Notes: generated by a model not told the origin, from the letters alone. Numbered from the stretch's first letter, positions 1 through 9,373 are shown. The stretch is DNA of 64,000 nucleotides from an uncultured Pseudomonadota bacterium (GCA_963836235.1 CAWIIP010000002.1:1664001-1728000), one strand, 5' to 3'. A program made the numbers and translations.

Positions 1-538
1 TGTCCGCTTCCCAGTGACCAAATTGACGCCGCGTCTGCACGATGGCGGGTCGTTGAGTGATCGGAGTTCGTTCTGGAATATGGCTTTTTCGATGTTTGTG
101 CGAATGCCATCGGCGAAGCCGCTTTCGATGGGAACGAGCCAAGAGAGGGATGAGGTTTCGGGCTTCGGAATAAATGAACTGGTAGACGGCCTCGTGGGAA
201 ATGAATAGTTTGGAGTTCTCAAGGCGAAGCTGACCAGCAATTTGTTCGGGAGAAAACCCCTGATGAAGCTTACGCAAAACATGTTGTCGGATCCCTGGTT
301 TTTTGAGACGCAGATGGGTCCGAGAGAGTTGGTTACGCTGGGTAGATCGCAGGTGAGCCCGAGCTGGTAGATAACGGCCAGGACGTAAAGGTGGTGCGTT
401 ACGCTTCAACTCTCGGGAAACACTGGACACATCACGTTCGAGGCGTCGGGCGATTTCTCGTATGGAGAGGCCTTCTGCCTTCCAAACTGCGATTTCTTCA
501 CGTTCGGCCAACGACAGGTGCTTGTAGGATTGTTTCAT
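1..538 (-). CDS. IS30-family transposase (partial, not in ORF track)
   Basis: Manual translation: MKQSYKHLSLAEREEI...LSIREIARRLERDVSSVSRELKRN (HTH)...SPEQIAG...ISHEAVYQFIY...FGHWEAD, all typical IS30 motifs; open to the window edge. Confidence 0.92.
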   Translation of the reverse strand, partial: MKQSYKHLSLAEREEIAVWKAEGLSIREIARRLERDVSSVSRELKRNAPPLRPGRYLPARAHLRSTQRNQLSRTHLRLKKPGIRQHVLRKLHQGFSPEQIAGQLRLENSKLFISHEAVYQFIYSEARNLIPLLARSHRKRLRRWHSHKHRKSHIPERTPITQRPAIVQTRRQFGHWEAD

Positions 539-600
539 AAAACTTAGGATAACCCCCGGATTCTGCCGGGGCTAAGTGTTGCACTTCGCTATTGAACTGG
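1..600 (-). mobile_element. IS30-family insertion sequence, left part (continues beyond window start)
   Basis: Transposase ORF from 538 runs off the window; terminal-IR-like TGTTGCACTTCGCTATTGAA at 577-596 resembles IS30-family ends (AAGTGCAACA core on the minus strand). Confidence 0.85.
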
Positions 601-856
601 GGATAATTAAATCGCCTTAAGTATAGCACTTAGCGATTTGGGGCGAATTGAAAACAAAAAAGACATTTAGACTCAATGGTTCGACTTTTTCACTTATTGA
701 TCGGTTTGAGAAAAAAGATAGGTTGGACTTCCCGCGATTCAGTGAGTATCTTAATTTTTTTGAGAGACCAAGAGATTTCCGCTGCTTTTTGTTTTCAGCT
801 TATGGAATCCTTTAATTTCATTAGCAAGAAGCTTTTGAAAGCCGTTTATTGAGCTT

Positions 857-2011
857 TTATTTCAATTCTGGGTGTTCAGTCATAAGGCGGTCCAGATTTT
901 GCCGGGCCTGAAGATGGGTGGGCAGGATTTGCAGTGTTTCTTCCCAGAACTTTTTCGCGGCGGCGTAATCGCTCTTACGATAGCTTTCCAGGCCCAGGTT
1001 GTAGGCCTGATCGGATTGGGCTTGCGCGTCTGCATCGGAGAGTTTGAGTTTCGTTTTCTTGTGGGAGGGTTGGGCGTCGGTTTTAAGGCGGCTTAAGGCC
1101 GCTGCTGCTTCCTTATTATTCGGGTCCAGATTCAAGGCTTTTTTATACCATTGGACAGCCAGTGGGGTTTCACCGGCTTGATCGGCTTTTTCGGCTTTGG
1201 TCAGGGCGGTTTTGAGCGTGCTTGCGGACCCGTTTTTGCCCTCAATCTGTTCCTTCAGTTCCAGGGCTTCTTCGTCATCAGGATGCTCGTCGAGATAATC
1301 TTCCAATTTGGCGAGAGCTTCTTCCTGATTTCCTTTTTTAAGCGCGGCGTGCACCTGGTCCAACAGGCCGTTGGAAGGCGCATCACTAGGACCTTGGATC
1401 TTTTGGACTAGGGCCTCTACCTGAGGTTGGGAAGGATCCAACTCCTCGGCTTTTTTTAAGAGTTCCAAAGCATGCAGGTTATCACCCTTGCCGTAATTCA
1501 CTACCGCTTGTTCATAGAAGTTTTTCACCATAGCGTTGTAAGGGTGGTCGGGGTTTTCCTGGTAGTCATCCAGGGAGTCAGCCCCCGGGTTTTCTCCTTT
1601 ATTCCCGTTCTGGATGGAGAGGCGGATTGACGCCGGCACCTCCTCGTGATCGGAGTCCAAATAAACCGTGAGGCGGTAGGGGCCTTGAAAGGGCTGGTTC
1701 ACCCCGAATTGGAACTGGGTTTCGGGGCTCAAGCCTCCCTTGGAAATCGTCCGGTTATCCGATTCTTCCTTCAATATCCAACCCAAAGCGGTAGAGTCCG
1801 ATTTCACTTCCACCTTAAAACTCCCGCTCAGGGTTCGGACCAGGATATTTAGCGGACCCCAGGCCGTATCGGATTGGAAACGGTAAAGGCTTTCATCGGT
1901 GGGGGAATGGGTTGCCATAAGTGTTTCGGCCATGGCTTGACGGGAATCGAAAGAAAGTATTAACCCAACCAGGCCTAGCCCTAAAAAGGGGAACAGAAAC
2001 CGGTTCCTCAA
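857..2011 (-). CDS. Exported tetratricopeptide-repeat protein
   Basis: Signal peptide; several TPR-like units (ALELLKKAEELDP, WYKKALNLDPNN, AYNLGLESY...WEETLQILP). Confidence 0.8.
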   Translation of the reverse strand: MRNRFLFPFLGLGLVGLILSFDSRQAMAETLMATHSPTDESLYRFQSDTAWGPLNILVRTLSGSFKVEVKSDSTALGWILKEESDNRTISKGGLSPETQFQFGVNQPFQGPYRLTVYLDSDHEEVPASIRLSIQNGNKGENPGADSLDDYQENPDHPYNAMVKNFYEQAVVNYGKGDNLHALELLKKAEELDPSQPQVEALVQKIQGPSDAPSNGLLDQVHAALKKGNQEEALAKLEDYLDEHPDDEEALELKEQIEGKNGSASTLKTALTKAEKADQAGETPLAVQWYKKALNLDPNNKEAAAALSRLKTDAQPSHKKTKLKLSDADAQAQSDQAYNLGLESYRKSDYAAAKKFWEETLQILPTHLQARQNLDRLMTEHPELK

Positions 2012-3225
2012 AATTCCACACCTGTTCTTACAAAATAGGCAAGTTGGTTGTAGGAAACCGACCTGAGCCCTATTCCGGGACCGTCGGTTTCATTGCCGGG
2101 GCCAAAGGCTCCTGTGAAAGGAACGGCCACTGAACCGGGTACCAACCTTCCAAAAGTAAAATCATCCTGGTTGTTCGTCACATGGAATTCAATAAAGAGG
2201 ACCCGAAGCCTCGCGCGAATCTTGGCATACCAGCTGTTTTGGGGGGCCTGAGACAAATATGGATCAAAATTATTGCCGCCGGTAAAGGGATTATCCAAAG
2301 AGTGTTCCAATGGAAACTGACCTTCCAGGGCGACCTGGTCTATGGAGAAATCACCCCATGTACCAATACGGGACATCTGAAAGCCCAGCGATAAAACCCC
2401 GGTTTCGGAAGGCAATGAAGCGTTTTGGGAGCCGAACTCGGCGGTGAGGTCGTAATTTTGCTGGTAAGCCAAATCGGCGGAAAGGGAATAGGTTAGTTTG
2501 CCGTTGAGGGAAGAGTCGGTGAAAAAGTTGGTTTGAGTGCCGCCGATGTTCCCCCGGAAAGTAGTCTCGAAATCCTTGGTTTCAATTCTACAGCGCAGTT
2601 GGGAGAGCCAAAAGGCCTGGGTGGAATCATATTGGACATCTTCGGCTGAAAAGAGGCTGGGGGTATAGAAAAAGGTCAGGGCCAAGGGGGAGGAATTATG
2701 AGTTTCCACCGCTTTGGATTCGCCGACGTTGAAAAAGAAGGAAAAGGGGAGGGTCACCATGACGCCATCCACCCGGTGGATGCCCATGATGGGATAGCCT
2801 CCGAAAAAAAGATTGGGAGTGAGGGTTTGGAAGAGGTCGAACCGGCCTGCCGAAACCTGCAACCAGGGCTGTAGATAGGAAAGCCGCGCCAGGCGCAATT
2901 GAAAGTCCGTCACATCGTCGGAGGTGGAAAGGTCTTTTTCGACCCGCAATAAGGCATCGGCGGTGACGGCGTTTTCGTCCAGTTGCCGCTTGGCGGAGAT
3001 ATCCAGCACGGAAAAGGCCTGTCCTTGGATATCGGCGTCCTGCTCGAAGTCCGCTTGAAGTGTCAGCTTGATTTGCCGGTCGCTTTCATCAACCGGCGGG
3101 GGCGCCACCCATTTGTTTTCCTGGGAATCGGATGAAAAAAAAGTGGTGTCCTCCGCGGCGCAGATGGAACAGGGGGGAAAGCCAAGGCTTGAAAGTATGG
3201 TGAAAAAAAGGAAAAGGTTTTTCAT
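2008..3225 (-). CDS. Putative outer-membrane beta-barrel protein
   Basis: Signal peptide, alternating amphipathic strands, C-terminal ...VRTGVEF with terminal Phe; 4-nt overlap with the TPR gene. Confidence 0.55.
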   Translation of the reverse strand: MKNLFLFFTILSSLGFPPCSICAAEDTTFFSSDSQENKWVAPPPVDESDRQIKLTLQADFEQDADIQGQAFSVLDISAKRQLDENAVTADALLRVEKDLSTSDDVTDFQLRLARLSYLQPWLQVSAGRFDLFQTLTPNLFFGGYPIMGIHRVDGVMVTLPFSFFFNVGESKAVETHNSSPLALTFFYTPSLFSAEDVQYDSTQAFWLSQLRCRIETKDFETTFRGNIGGTQTNFFTDSSLNGKLTYSLSADLAYQQNYDLTAEFGSQNASLPSETGVLSLGFQMSRIGTWGDFSIDQVALEGQFPLEHSLDNPFTGGNNFDPYLSQAPQNSWYAKIRARLRVLFIEFHVTNNQDDFTFGRLVPGSVAVPFTGAFGPGNETDGPGIGLRSVSYNQLAYFVRTGVEF

Positions 3226-3429
3226 TCAGAAAACTCCATGGAAAAGCACAGATATGGTCTTAAGAACAGGTCAGTTTTATTGCACCATAACCCAGGTATT
3301 TTATTTTTTTTAGTTCAATAAGTGTTGAATAATTTAGACGAAAAAAATACAATCACTTCTTACAAAAAACAAGTGAAACCTTAAAAATCACCATACGGGG
3401 AATTGGTTCGATTTGAGCGGAGTCGATTT

Positions 3430-4503
3430 ATGAAGAATAAAATAGGTTTTATCTCAATCCTGGCCATCCTGGCTACGGTCCTTTTGGCCGGACTTTCTAG
3501 CTGCAAAAAGACCGAATCGCCCCTTGGGGTTGACGCCCCTTATGGGTTGGACCGGCCTACTTATACGCCAACACCTCAAATTGGTGCCATTGAGGTTTAT
3601 GTATTGGATACAAATGTTGCAATTAAAGGCGTGAGTATCTACCTGTTAGAACCTTCCGGGAATACTTTTACTTCTGAGATAACCCAACCCGGCGTGGGTT
3701 ATGCTGCTTTCAACCCACCTGAACTTACGAGTGGGGTTTGGACAGCCGATATTCCAGCCCAAAGTATTAGCTATGTTACGGCTGGGCCTGTAACAACTAA
3801 ACACACTTATGGTTATAGCGTATTGCCTATAACCGTTACGGGTGGAGGGCAATATGCGGTCTCTTTCACCACTGGGGAAAATACTGTCCAGGTTTCCCCA
3901 ATAAGCCAAGGTTATCAATATGGTATCCCATCAAATATTCCTGTAACAGTTTCTTACTATGAGAATGGTAATTTAGACGTTCCTGTTAGCGTCTCTCTGG
4001 CCATGAATCCAGGGGTTAGCGGGATCAACTTCTTGACCCCAGCTAGTTGGGTGCTCGGTGATGAAAATTTGGTCGCCTACGATACCATCGGAAAAAACTC
4101 TTGTTATTACAATCCCATCACTCTAACGCTTTCCGCTAATGATTTTTCTGGCAATCCTGTATCGATAACAAATGGAGTTATCACCAAAGGGTTTTCGAGC
4201 GCCGTCACTCTTTATATACAAAAGACTCACGTTTCAAGCGCAGAAAATCTCCAAGTCATGATTGGTTCTGACAACGATTGCGGTCAGTCCTTGTATCCCG
4301 TTGCTTGGAATTGGTCTGGGACTAACGAAACCGGAGCGGTTTTAGCAAACGGCGGGGTGCTTACGAAGGTAGACGGTGGCATCAATTATACAGTTACCGT
4401 TACAGTTACGTTACCCAACGGGTCTCAAATTTCATCGGGTTCCTTCCAAATTGCAAATATATCTTGGGACACTTGGCAGAATTACGGAGCGGGCAGCTGG
4501 TAA
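3430..4503 (+). CDS. Lipoprotein, beta-rich, unknown function
   Basis: ATG 3430 gives a signal peptide ending in lipobox LSSC, then KKTESP; Thr/Ser/Gly/Val-rich. Confidence 0.75.
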   Translation: MKNKIGFISILAILATVLLAGLSSCKKTESPLGVDAPYGLDRPTYTPTPQIGAIEVYVLDTNVAIKGVSIYLLEPSGNTFTSEITQPGVGYAAFNPPELTSGVWTADIPAQSISYVTAGPVTTKHTYGYSVLPITVTGGGQYAVSFTTGENTVQVSPISQGYQYGIPSNIPVTVSYYENGNLDVPVSVSLAMNPGVSGINFLTPASWVLGDENLVAYDTIGKNSCYYNPITLTLSANDFSGNPVSITNGVITKGFSSAVTLYIQKTHVSSAENLQVMIGSDNDCGQSLYPVAWNWSGTNETGAVLANGGVLTKVDGGINYTVTVTVTLPNGSQISSGSFQIANISWDTWQNYGAGSW

Positions 4504-4527
4504 TTAATTTTATCAAGGGAGAAGAAA

Positions 4528-5271
4528 ATGAATTTACTTCGGATTTTTTCTATTGTTTCTTTAATTTTTTTGGTGGGTTGCACAGGCAAAACGGGTCCAG
4601 CGGGTCCAGCGGGAATCTCTGCCGCCAACACCATTCAAGTTGCTTTTCAGAATGGGGCTTACCCCAACACCAGCTATTCCGGAGAGCTAGATACTTGGCT
4701 TGTTGGCGGGAGCGGATCACCTACAACCGCTTCACCTTACTTAGAAGTCAACACGGGAGCAACCTATTCTAATTACGGGCGGGTTATTTTGAGGTTTGAT
4801 GTAACCAGCCTTCCGGTAAACGCTCAAATAGTAACAGCAGAAGTTTTGTTGAGGTTAAATCCTGCCAGTACCATTGGTTCAAATCCAGTCACGGTCGGCC
4901 TTCATAATTTTGCTTCTGACACAAATCCTGGGTGTCATTGGAATATTAACGCAACTTGGCTTGGATACATAGGGAGTAGTGGATGGAATTCATGTACCGG
5001 AGACTCTTCGCCACAGCAAGAAGGCTATATCAATCCCACCACTATCAGCATCGTTGTTTTTTCATCTTCGGTAAATGGCACGTCGGGCATTTATAAATGG
5101 AGCATCGATCCTTCAGTTGTCCAATCGTGGTTAACGTCCTCCTCAAACAACAATGGATTGATCCTCAAGAGCGAGGGGGAATTTGGAGAAACAGCTTCCA
5201 GCGTGGATTTTTATCCATACAACGACGCCACCGCCTCCAACCATGCGGCTTTAATGGTTAGCTACTATTGA
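4528..5271 (+). CDS. Lipoprotein with short collagen-like segment and DNRLRE-like domain
   Basis: Lipobox LVGC; GKTGPAGPAG; motifs DTWL, RVILRFDVTSLP, ATW, VQSWL...NNGLIL resemble DNRLRE domains. Confidence 0.7.
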   Translation: MNLLRIFSIVSLIFLVGCTGKTGPAGPAGISAANTIQVAFQNGAYPNTSYSGELDTWLVGGSGSPTTASPYLEVNTGATYSNYGRVILRFDVTSLPVNAQIVTAEVLLRLNPASTIGSNPVTVGLHNFASDTNPGCHWNINATWLGYIGSSGWNSCTGDSSPQQEGYINPTTISIVVFSSSVNGTSGIYKWSIDPSVVQSWLTSSSNNNGLILKSEGEFGETASSVDFYPYNDATASNHAALMVSYY

Positions 5272-5349
5272 TAATTAATCCGGGGAAAGCAGAAATGAAT
5301 CATTTTAAATGCGATTGTGGGATGAATGAAATTTGTTAAGGGTGGACTC

Positions 5350-6468
5350 ATGCTTAAGACGTTCACTATCTGGTGTTTCACATTAATATTTGTCGTTTCG
5401 CTGGGTTGCTCAAAAAAAAATAATCCAGCTTCGCCAAATGCCAATCCCCAATCCACTCCAAGCTGGCAATTGGTTGGAAATACTACTTTCAGTACATTTA
5501 ATTATATTCCTGTTTCACTCGAGGTAAATAACGGCATTCCCTATTTAGCATACCAAGATGGATACGGTAAGGCCGTAGTCGTCGACTATGCCAATAATGC
5601 CTGGGCGACCCTTGGAAATTCCGAATTGCCGACTAATACCGGCTACGCTCCCCAATTATTTTTTTCGAATGGCACTCCCTATGTCACCCTTGATGATGCC
5701 ACCGTGGGGCCTTGGTATTCTTTGCTTGGTTTTAACGGAGGTTCATGGGTTACGGTGGGGAATCCGAATTTTTATGTTTCACCCGTTCCGGGAAATGATA
5801 CATATTCATTCGTCATGAATAACAATACTCCTTATGTTGTAATTCAAGATGCGTCCCAAAGTTATAAGGCGACTCTGTACCAATTTAATGGTTCAAGTTG
5901 GTCGGTTTTGGGAGGGGCTGGGTTTAGCCCCGTGACTATCAATTCCGTTTCCCTTGCATTCTCCGGCTCGACCCCTTATGTCGCCTTTTCCGATTTTAAT
6001 AATGCCTTCAGGCCGTCGGTCATGAGTTATAACGGGAGCAGCTGGTCTTACGTCGGTACACCTGATTTTATTTCCAGCGCCGCCACTCCGATTGTCGCCG
6101 CTTATGGCGGCTATCCCTACGTGGCTTTTGCCGACGGCGGTTATGGTGGGAAAGCATCGGTCATGTTTTATAACGGTCTTGTATGGGTTTATTTAGGGAC
6201 ACCTGGCTTCACCAGCGGCCCCGCTGGCGCGTTATCTTTCTATATCTACAACGGGACGCCCTATATCGCTTATTCCGACGGATCGAATTCTAATATTGTT
6301 ACCGTCATGGCGTTTTTGAACCAAACTTGGCAAAAAATTGGGACGCCTCCCGCTTTCACCGCTACGACAGGAGTAGATAGCACCTCACTTTTTGTTTACA
6401 ACGGGACACCTTATGTGGCGTACCACAATCATCAATCCGCTACCGCTTCGGTTTTGGTTTATCAATGA
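5350..6468 (+). CDS. Lipoprotein with ~47-aa repeats (probable beta-propeller)
   Basis: Lipobox SLGC-SKKNNPASP; about 7 repeats of W..VG..F...L....GTPYVA(Y/F).D...A.V..YNG. Confidence 0.75.
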   Translation: MLKTFTIWCFTLIFVVSLGCSKKNNPASPNANPQSTPSWQLVGNTTFSTFNYIPVSLEVNNGIPYLAYQDGYGKAVVVDYANNAWATLGNSELPTNTGYAPQLFFSNGTPYVTLDDATVGPWYSLLGFNGGSWVTVGNPNFYVSPVPGNDTYSFVMNNNTPYVVIQDASQSYKATLYQFNGSSWSVLGGAGFSPVTINSVSLAFSGSTPYVAFSDFNNAFRPSVMSYNGSSWSYVGTPDFISSAATPIVAAYGGYPYVAFADGGYGGKASVMFYNGLVWVYLGTPGFTSGPAGALSFYIYNGTPYIAYSDGSNSNIVTVMAFLNQTWQKIGTPPAFTATTGVDSTSLFVYNGTPYVAYHNHQSATASVLVYQ

Positions 6469-6679
6469 GGATGGGTAACGCTTAGCAGACCGAATCACAA
6501 ATCCGTTCTGAGTTTGTTTAGCTGGGCTGGGATTGATGAAAAGGGCTCGAACTTCCCCAATTGGATATCACCTTATTATTTTAGGTGACTATCCCTTTAT
6601 GACAAGTAACACGGGATATTGAATTTTTAGACCAGTTTTCATACTTGTAATAGTATCAGAAGGTCTTCGTTGTCAAGCG

Positions 6680-6710
6680 TGGACATACCCTTATACCCTT
6701 ATGCTACAAT
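6680..6710 (+). promoter_or_regulatory. Putative sigma70 extended -10 promoter for the cargo genes
   Basis: TGcTACAAT at 6702-6710 with TGGACA at 6680 (19-nt spacer), 77 nt before ATG 6787. Confidence 0.4.
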
Positions 6711-6786
6711 AGCCGTAGAGACAAACGGGATGGCTAACCAAGTAAACATTTTTAAAAACCAACCGTTAGGAGTTGTGGGGGAGTGA

Positions 6787-7062
6787 ATGGTACAACGAAA
6801 AACAAAAGTTAAAGTTCCACAACCCGATGGATCGTTGAAAGAAATAGACGGAATCGATGTTCCTGTCACTAAGTCCACGGAATACTGGAGTGAATTCGAG
6901 CTTGAAGATGGAACTGTTTTGCGTGTTAAGGTAAGTGTTTTAGGAGCGATACGAATACCGGGCCAATACGATCCCGAAGGCAATCCTTTTTACTTGCTTA
7001 AAAATGCGCAAGTAACCAATATCGTCAAATCCGCTCCTGATTTGAAAAGACCGGAGGAATAA
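6787..7062 (+). CDS. Hypothetical protein (cargo gene 1)
   Basis: 91 aa, GGGGAG RBS; motif EYWSEFELEDGTVLRVK...YDPEGNPFY. Confidence 0.75.
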   Translation: MVQRKTKVKVPQPDGSLKEIDGIDVPVTKSTEYWSEFELEDGTVLRVKVSVLGAIRIPGQYDPEGNPFYLLKNAQVTNIVKSAPDLKRPEE

Positions 7063-7063
7063 A

Positions 7064-7528
7064 ATGGCTGAGATTAAGATTCAAGAAAAATTTAACCCTT
7101 ACTTAGGAATGGCGTATGAAAACACTACGAATGCTTTTAATTACGTGGTGGTTTCAAATCTTCTTTCGGTTAATTGGGAAAGTAGCTCAAAATTCAATAA
7201 TATGAAGAATGAGATAAATGTTATCGATGAAACTAAAAATCAATTTTTAAATCTATTAGCAAAGTGGGAACAAGAAAGAGCTTTTATGTCCAATCCCACC
7301 GATGTTTTTTCGTGTCCGGCCTATAAAAAAATCGTGGATGGATTGGGTGAAGACGCATTGCCTTACATTCGTGAGATATTAGAAAACGATAAAAAACAAT
7401 CTTCTTTTTGGTTCAAAGCACTTAAAAAAATAACTGGTCGAAATGATGTCATTGACCCTTCTCATTATGGCAATGACGACCAAATGGCCAATGATTGGCT
7501 TCGTTTTTTAAAAGATGCGAAAGTTTAA
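7064..7528 (+). CDS. Hypothetical helical protein (cargo gene 2)
   Basis: GGAGG RBS, 1 nt after the previous stop; motif F..L..KW..E...S....PAYKKIV..G..ALP...WFKALKKITG. Confidence 0.75.
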   Translation: MAEIKIQEKFNPYLGMAYENTTNAFNYVVVSNLLSVNWESSSKFNNMKNEINVIDETKNQFLNLLAKWEQERAFMSNPTDVFSCPAYKKIVDGLGEDALPYIREILENDKKQSSFWFKALKKITGRNDVIDPSHYGNDDQMANDWLRFLKDAKV

Positions 7529-7988
7529 GTATAACCCGGACCTCTTTCAAAATTTAAACGACAAAAATCATAGGTGGAACAGCGAAGAATCCACTGCCTA
7601 CAACTGTGTCGGATATGCGCTTGGGTTTACGGACAAAAAAATCTGGATGCGTCCTCCTGACGAAGGATTTGAGTGGCCCTTTCCTTTGCCGGAGAATGAA
7701 GATGAGTGGGACGATTTAAATCATTTCATTGATTGTTTTGAACGGCAAAATGGTTATCAAATCTGTGAAAATGGAGATTTGGAACCCAGAATAGAAAAAA
7801 TAGCCTTATATGGGGTCGAAAGAGAAAACAGAAAAATTGTGAGGCATGCCGCAATTCAACGACCTAACGGAGAATGGGCAAGTAAGATGGGATGGAAAGA
7901 AGAAGACATTGTTCATTCCACGTCACATGATGTTACTGGATTGAGTTATGGTATTGTTCTTCAATTCATGAAGCGAGAACGCCGATGA
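7515..7988 (+). CDS. DUF7689-like protein with conserved Cys/His (cargo gene 3)
   Basis: YNCVGYALG ... EKIALY ... HAAIQ..NGEWASKMG..EDIVH; overlaps gene 2 by 14 nt. Family name recalled from motif, not searched. Confidence 0.65.
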   Translation: MRKFKYNPDLFQNLNDKNHRWNSEESTAYNCVGYALGFTDKKIWMRPPDEGFEWPFPLPENEDEWDDLNHFIDCFERQNGYQICENGDLEPRIEKIALYGVERENRKIVRHAAIQRPNGEWASKMGWKEEDIVHSTSHDVTGLSYGIVLQFMKRERR

Positions 7989-8018
7989 CTGTTTCCAAGG
8001 GACAATTTCTTAAGCTCA

Positions 8019-8570
8019 TTAAACAGGCCTCCCAGCCAGTTTCATAATGGGATAAAACAAAGGCTGTTCAGAATTCCGTTTCGAGTAGCGATAAGAAAAT
8101 TCATTCAAATAAAGTTGAAGATACTTTGGCGAAACGGCGTGGTAAGTCCCGTTAATCGACCGCTTCAACTGACTCCAAAAACCTTCAATCGAATTCGTAT
8201 GAGCAACACCATTCACATACTGTTTGGCACCATGATTTACGCTCAAATGTTTATAGCCTTCCTTTTTCACCAAGTCATAAGCCATATATTCGTCAGTCAT
8301 TAGTCTTGAACCGATCTTGACGTTTCTCCGAATCAACGGCGTAACAGTCGACTGCTTTGTATCGGCTACCACCTAGGCGATAACAACACCATCCCTTTGA
8401 AACATTCCCAAAATAGGTGTTTTGGTCTTGGTGCTTCTTCCTTGTGTTCCAGGGGTTTTATCAGCCAAGTGTTTGAATTTTTCCTGACCGCCATAATAAG
8501 TCTCGTCCACCTCCACATCACTCCTCAACTTGGTTTGAGTGGCAATGAACAGTAACCGAATTTGTTTTGC
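8019..8570 (-). pseudogene. IS1595-family transposase, 5'-truncated with an in-frame stop
   Basis: Reads ...VEVDETYYGG...KTPILGMFQRDGVVIA*VVADTK...LMTDE...VNH...HTNSIEGFWSQLKR..GTYH.VS.KYL..YLNEF.YRY; TAG at 8373-8375; N-terminal zinc ribbon absent. Confidence 0.9.
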
Positions 8571-8571
8571 C

Positions 8572-9162
8572 TTATTTTAATAGCGCCAGAGCTTCTTTCC
8601 GCCTTTTCGCTTCACGCTTTTCGATTTCCCGTTTCATCTCCACCATTAAATCTTCCGTGCTCTGGCGAAAAAGGTCGGGGGTCACGAAACCGGGCGTGTG
8701 GCTGTTTTTCTCGGCTTCCAGCTCATAGGTGACGACCGCCGAACTCCCCGAAGGGTCCGGTTTGATTTTCCATGATCCCTGGTAAAGCTTGAAACTTTTT
8801 TGGCTGACTTCCTGGAGGGAAAGGGCGGTAAAAGGGTCCTCATGCACCTTTAAAAGGCCCTTGATCTCCTCGCGGATAAAGAGAAACCCGCCTCCTACCG
8901 TTTGTTGGACCAAGAGATCGTTGCCGTCCTGTTGGTGGATATGGCAATGCATATTGGAGATGAAATTCGAGAAATGGTTGTAATCGGTCAGGACCTGCCA
9001 AACCACCTGCGGGTCGGCGGTGACGTTAAAGGCGCCGTTGAAGTCGTAATGGTCCAGCTCCTGGCGGAAGGTAAATTGAACCTGGTCGCGGGAAAGCTTG
9101 GTTCCAGCGGTTAGAAAGACCAGAAACCCGATTGAGAAAATCGCCGTTAAAAAGGGACGCAA
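8572..9162 (-). CDS. SRPBCC/polyketide cyclase-dehydrase family protein
   Basis: VWQVLTDYNHFSNFI and F..YQGSWKI.P motifs; N-terminal hydrophobic segment. Confidence 0.75.
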   Translation of the reverse strand: MRPFLTAIFSIGFLVFLTAGTKLSRDQVQFTFRQELDHYDFNGAFNVTADPQVVWQVLTDYNHFSNFISNMHCHIHQQDGNDLLVQQTVGGGFLFIREEIKGLLKVHEDPFTALSLQEVSQKSFKLYQGSWKIKPDPSGSSAVVTYELEAEKNSHTPGFVTPDLFRQSTEDLMVEMKREIEKREAKRRKEALALLK

Positions 9163-9373
9163 AAGATTTCCACTCCTTTTTCAAAATCCACTTTATCAGA
9201 ATAGAACAGAGCTTTGAGGTAGATAACGAGGCATTACGAATTAGCCATAGATATCCCTTAAATGCTTAGAAATACCGGTCAAGTGAAGCGGATTAGCAGG
9301 GAGGAGGTTTATTTGGAATAGCGGTATACTTAAAACCGTCCAGCGTTGTCTTATATATAGAAGGCGGTATGAA

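Larger units (their letters stand above)
6584..8570 (-). mobile_element. Decayed IS1595-family element with three passenger genes
   Basis: IS1595 transposase pseudogene at 8019-8570; candidate distal end GGTGACTATCCC at 6584; the enclosed DNA is AT-rich relative to the core genes. The other end was not found. Confidence 0.55.

Noticed and set aside
14-208. Tracked 64-aa plus-strand ORF
   Set aside because: Antisense shadow of the IS30 transposase on the minus strand.
8373-8375. In-frame TAG as possible recoding (pyrrolysine or alternative code)
   Set aside because: The gene is also 5'-truncated and TAG ends intact genes elsewhere in the window (e.g. 62644-62646); simple decay explains it.
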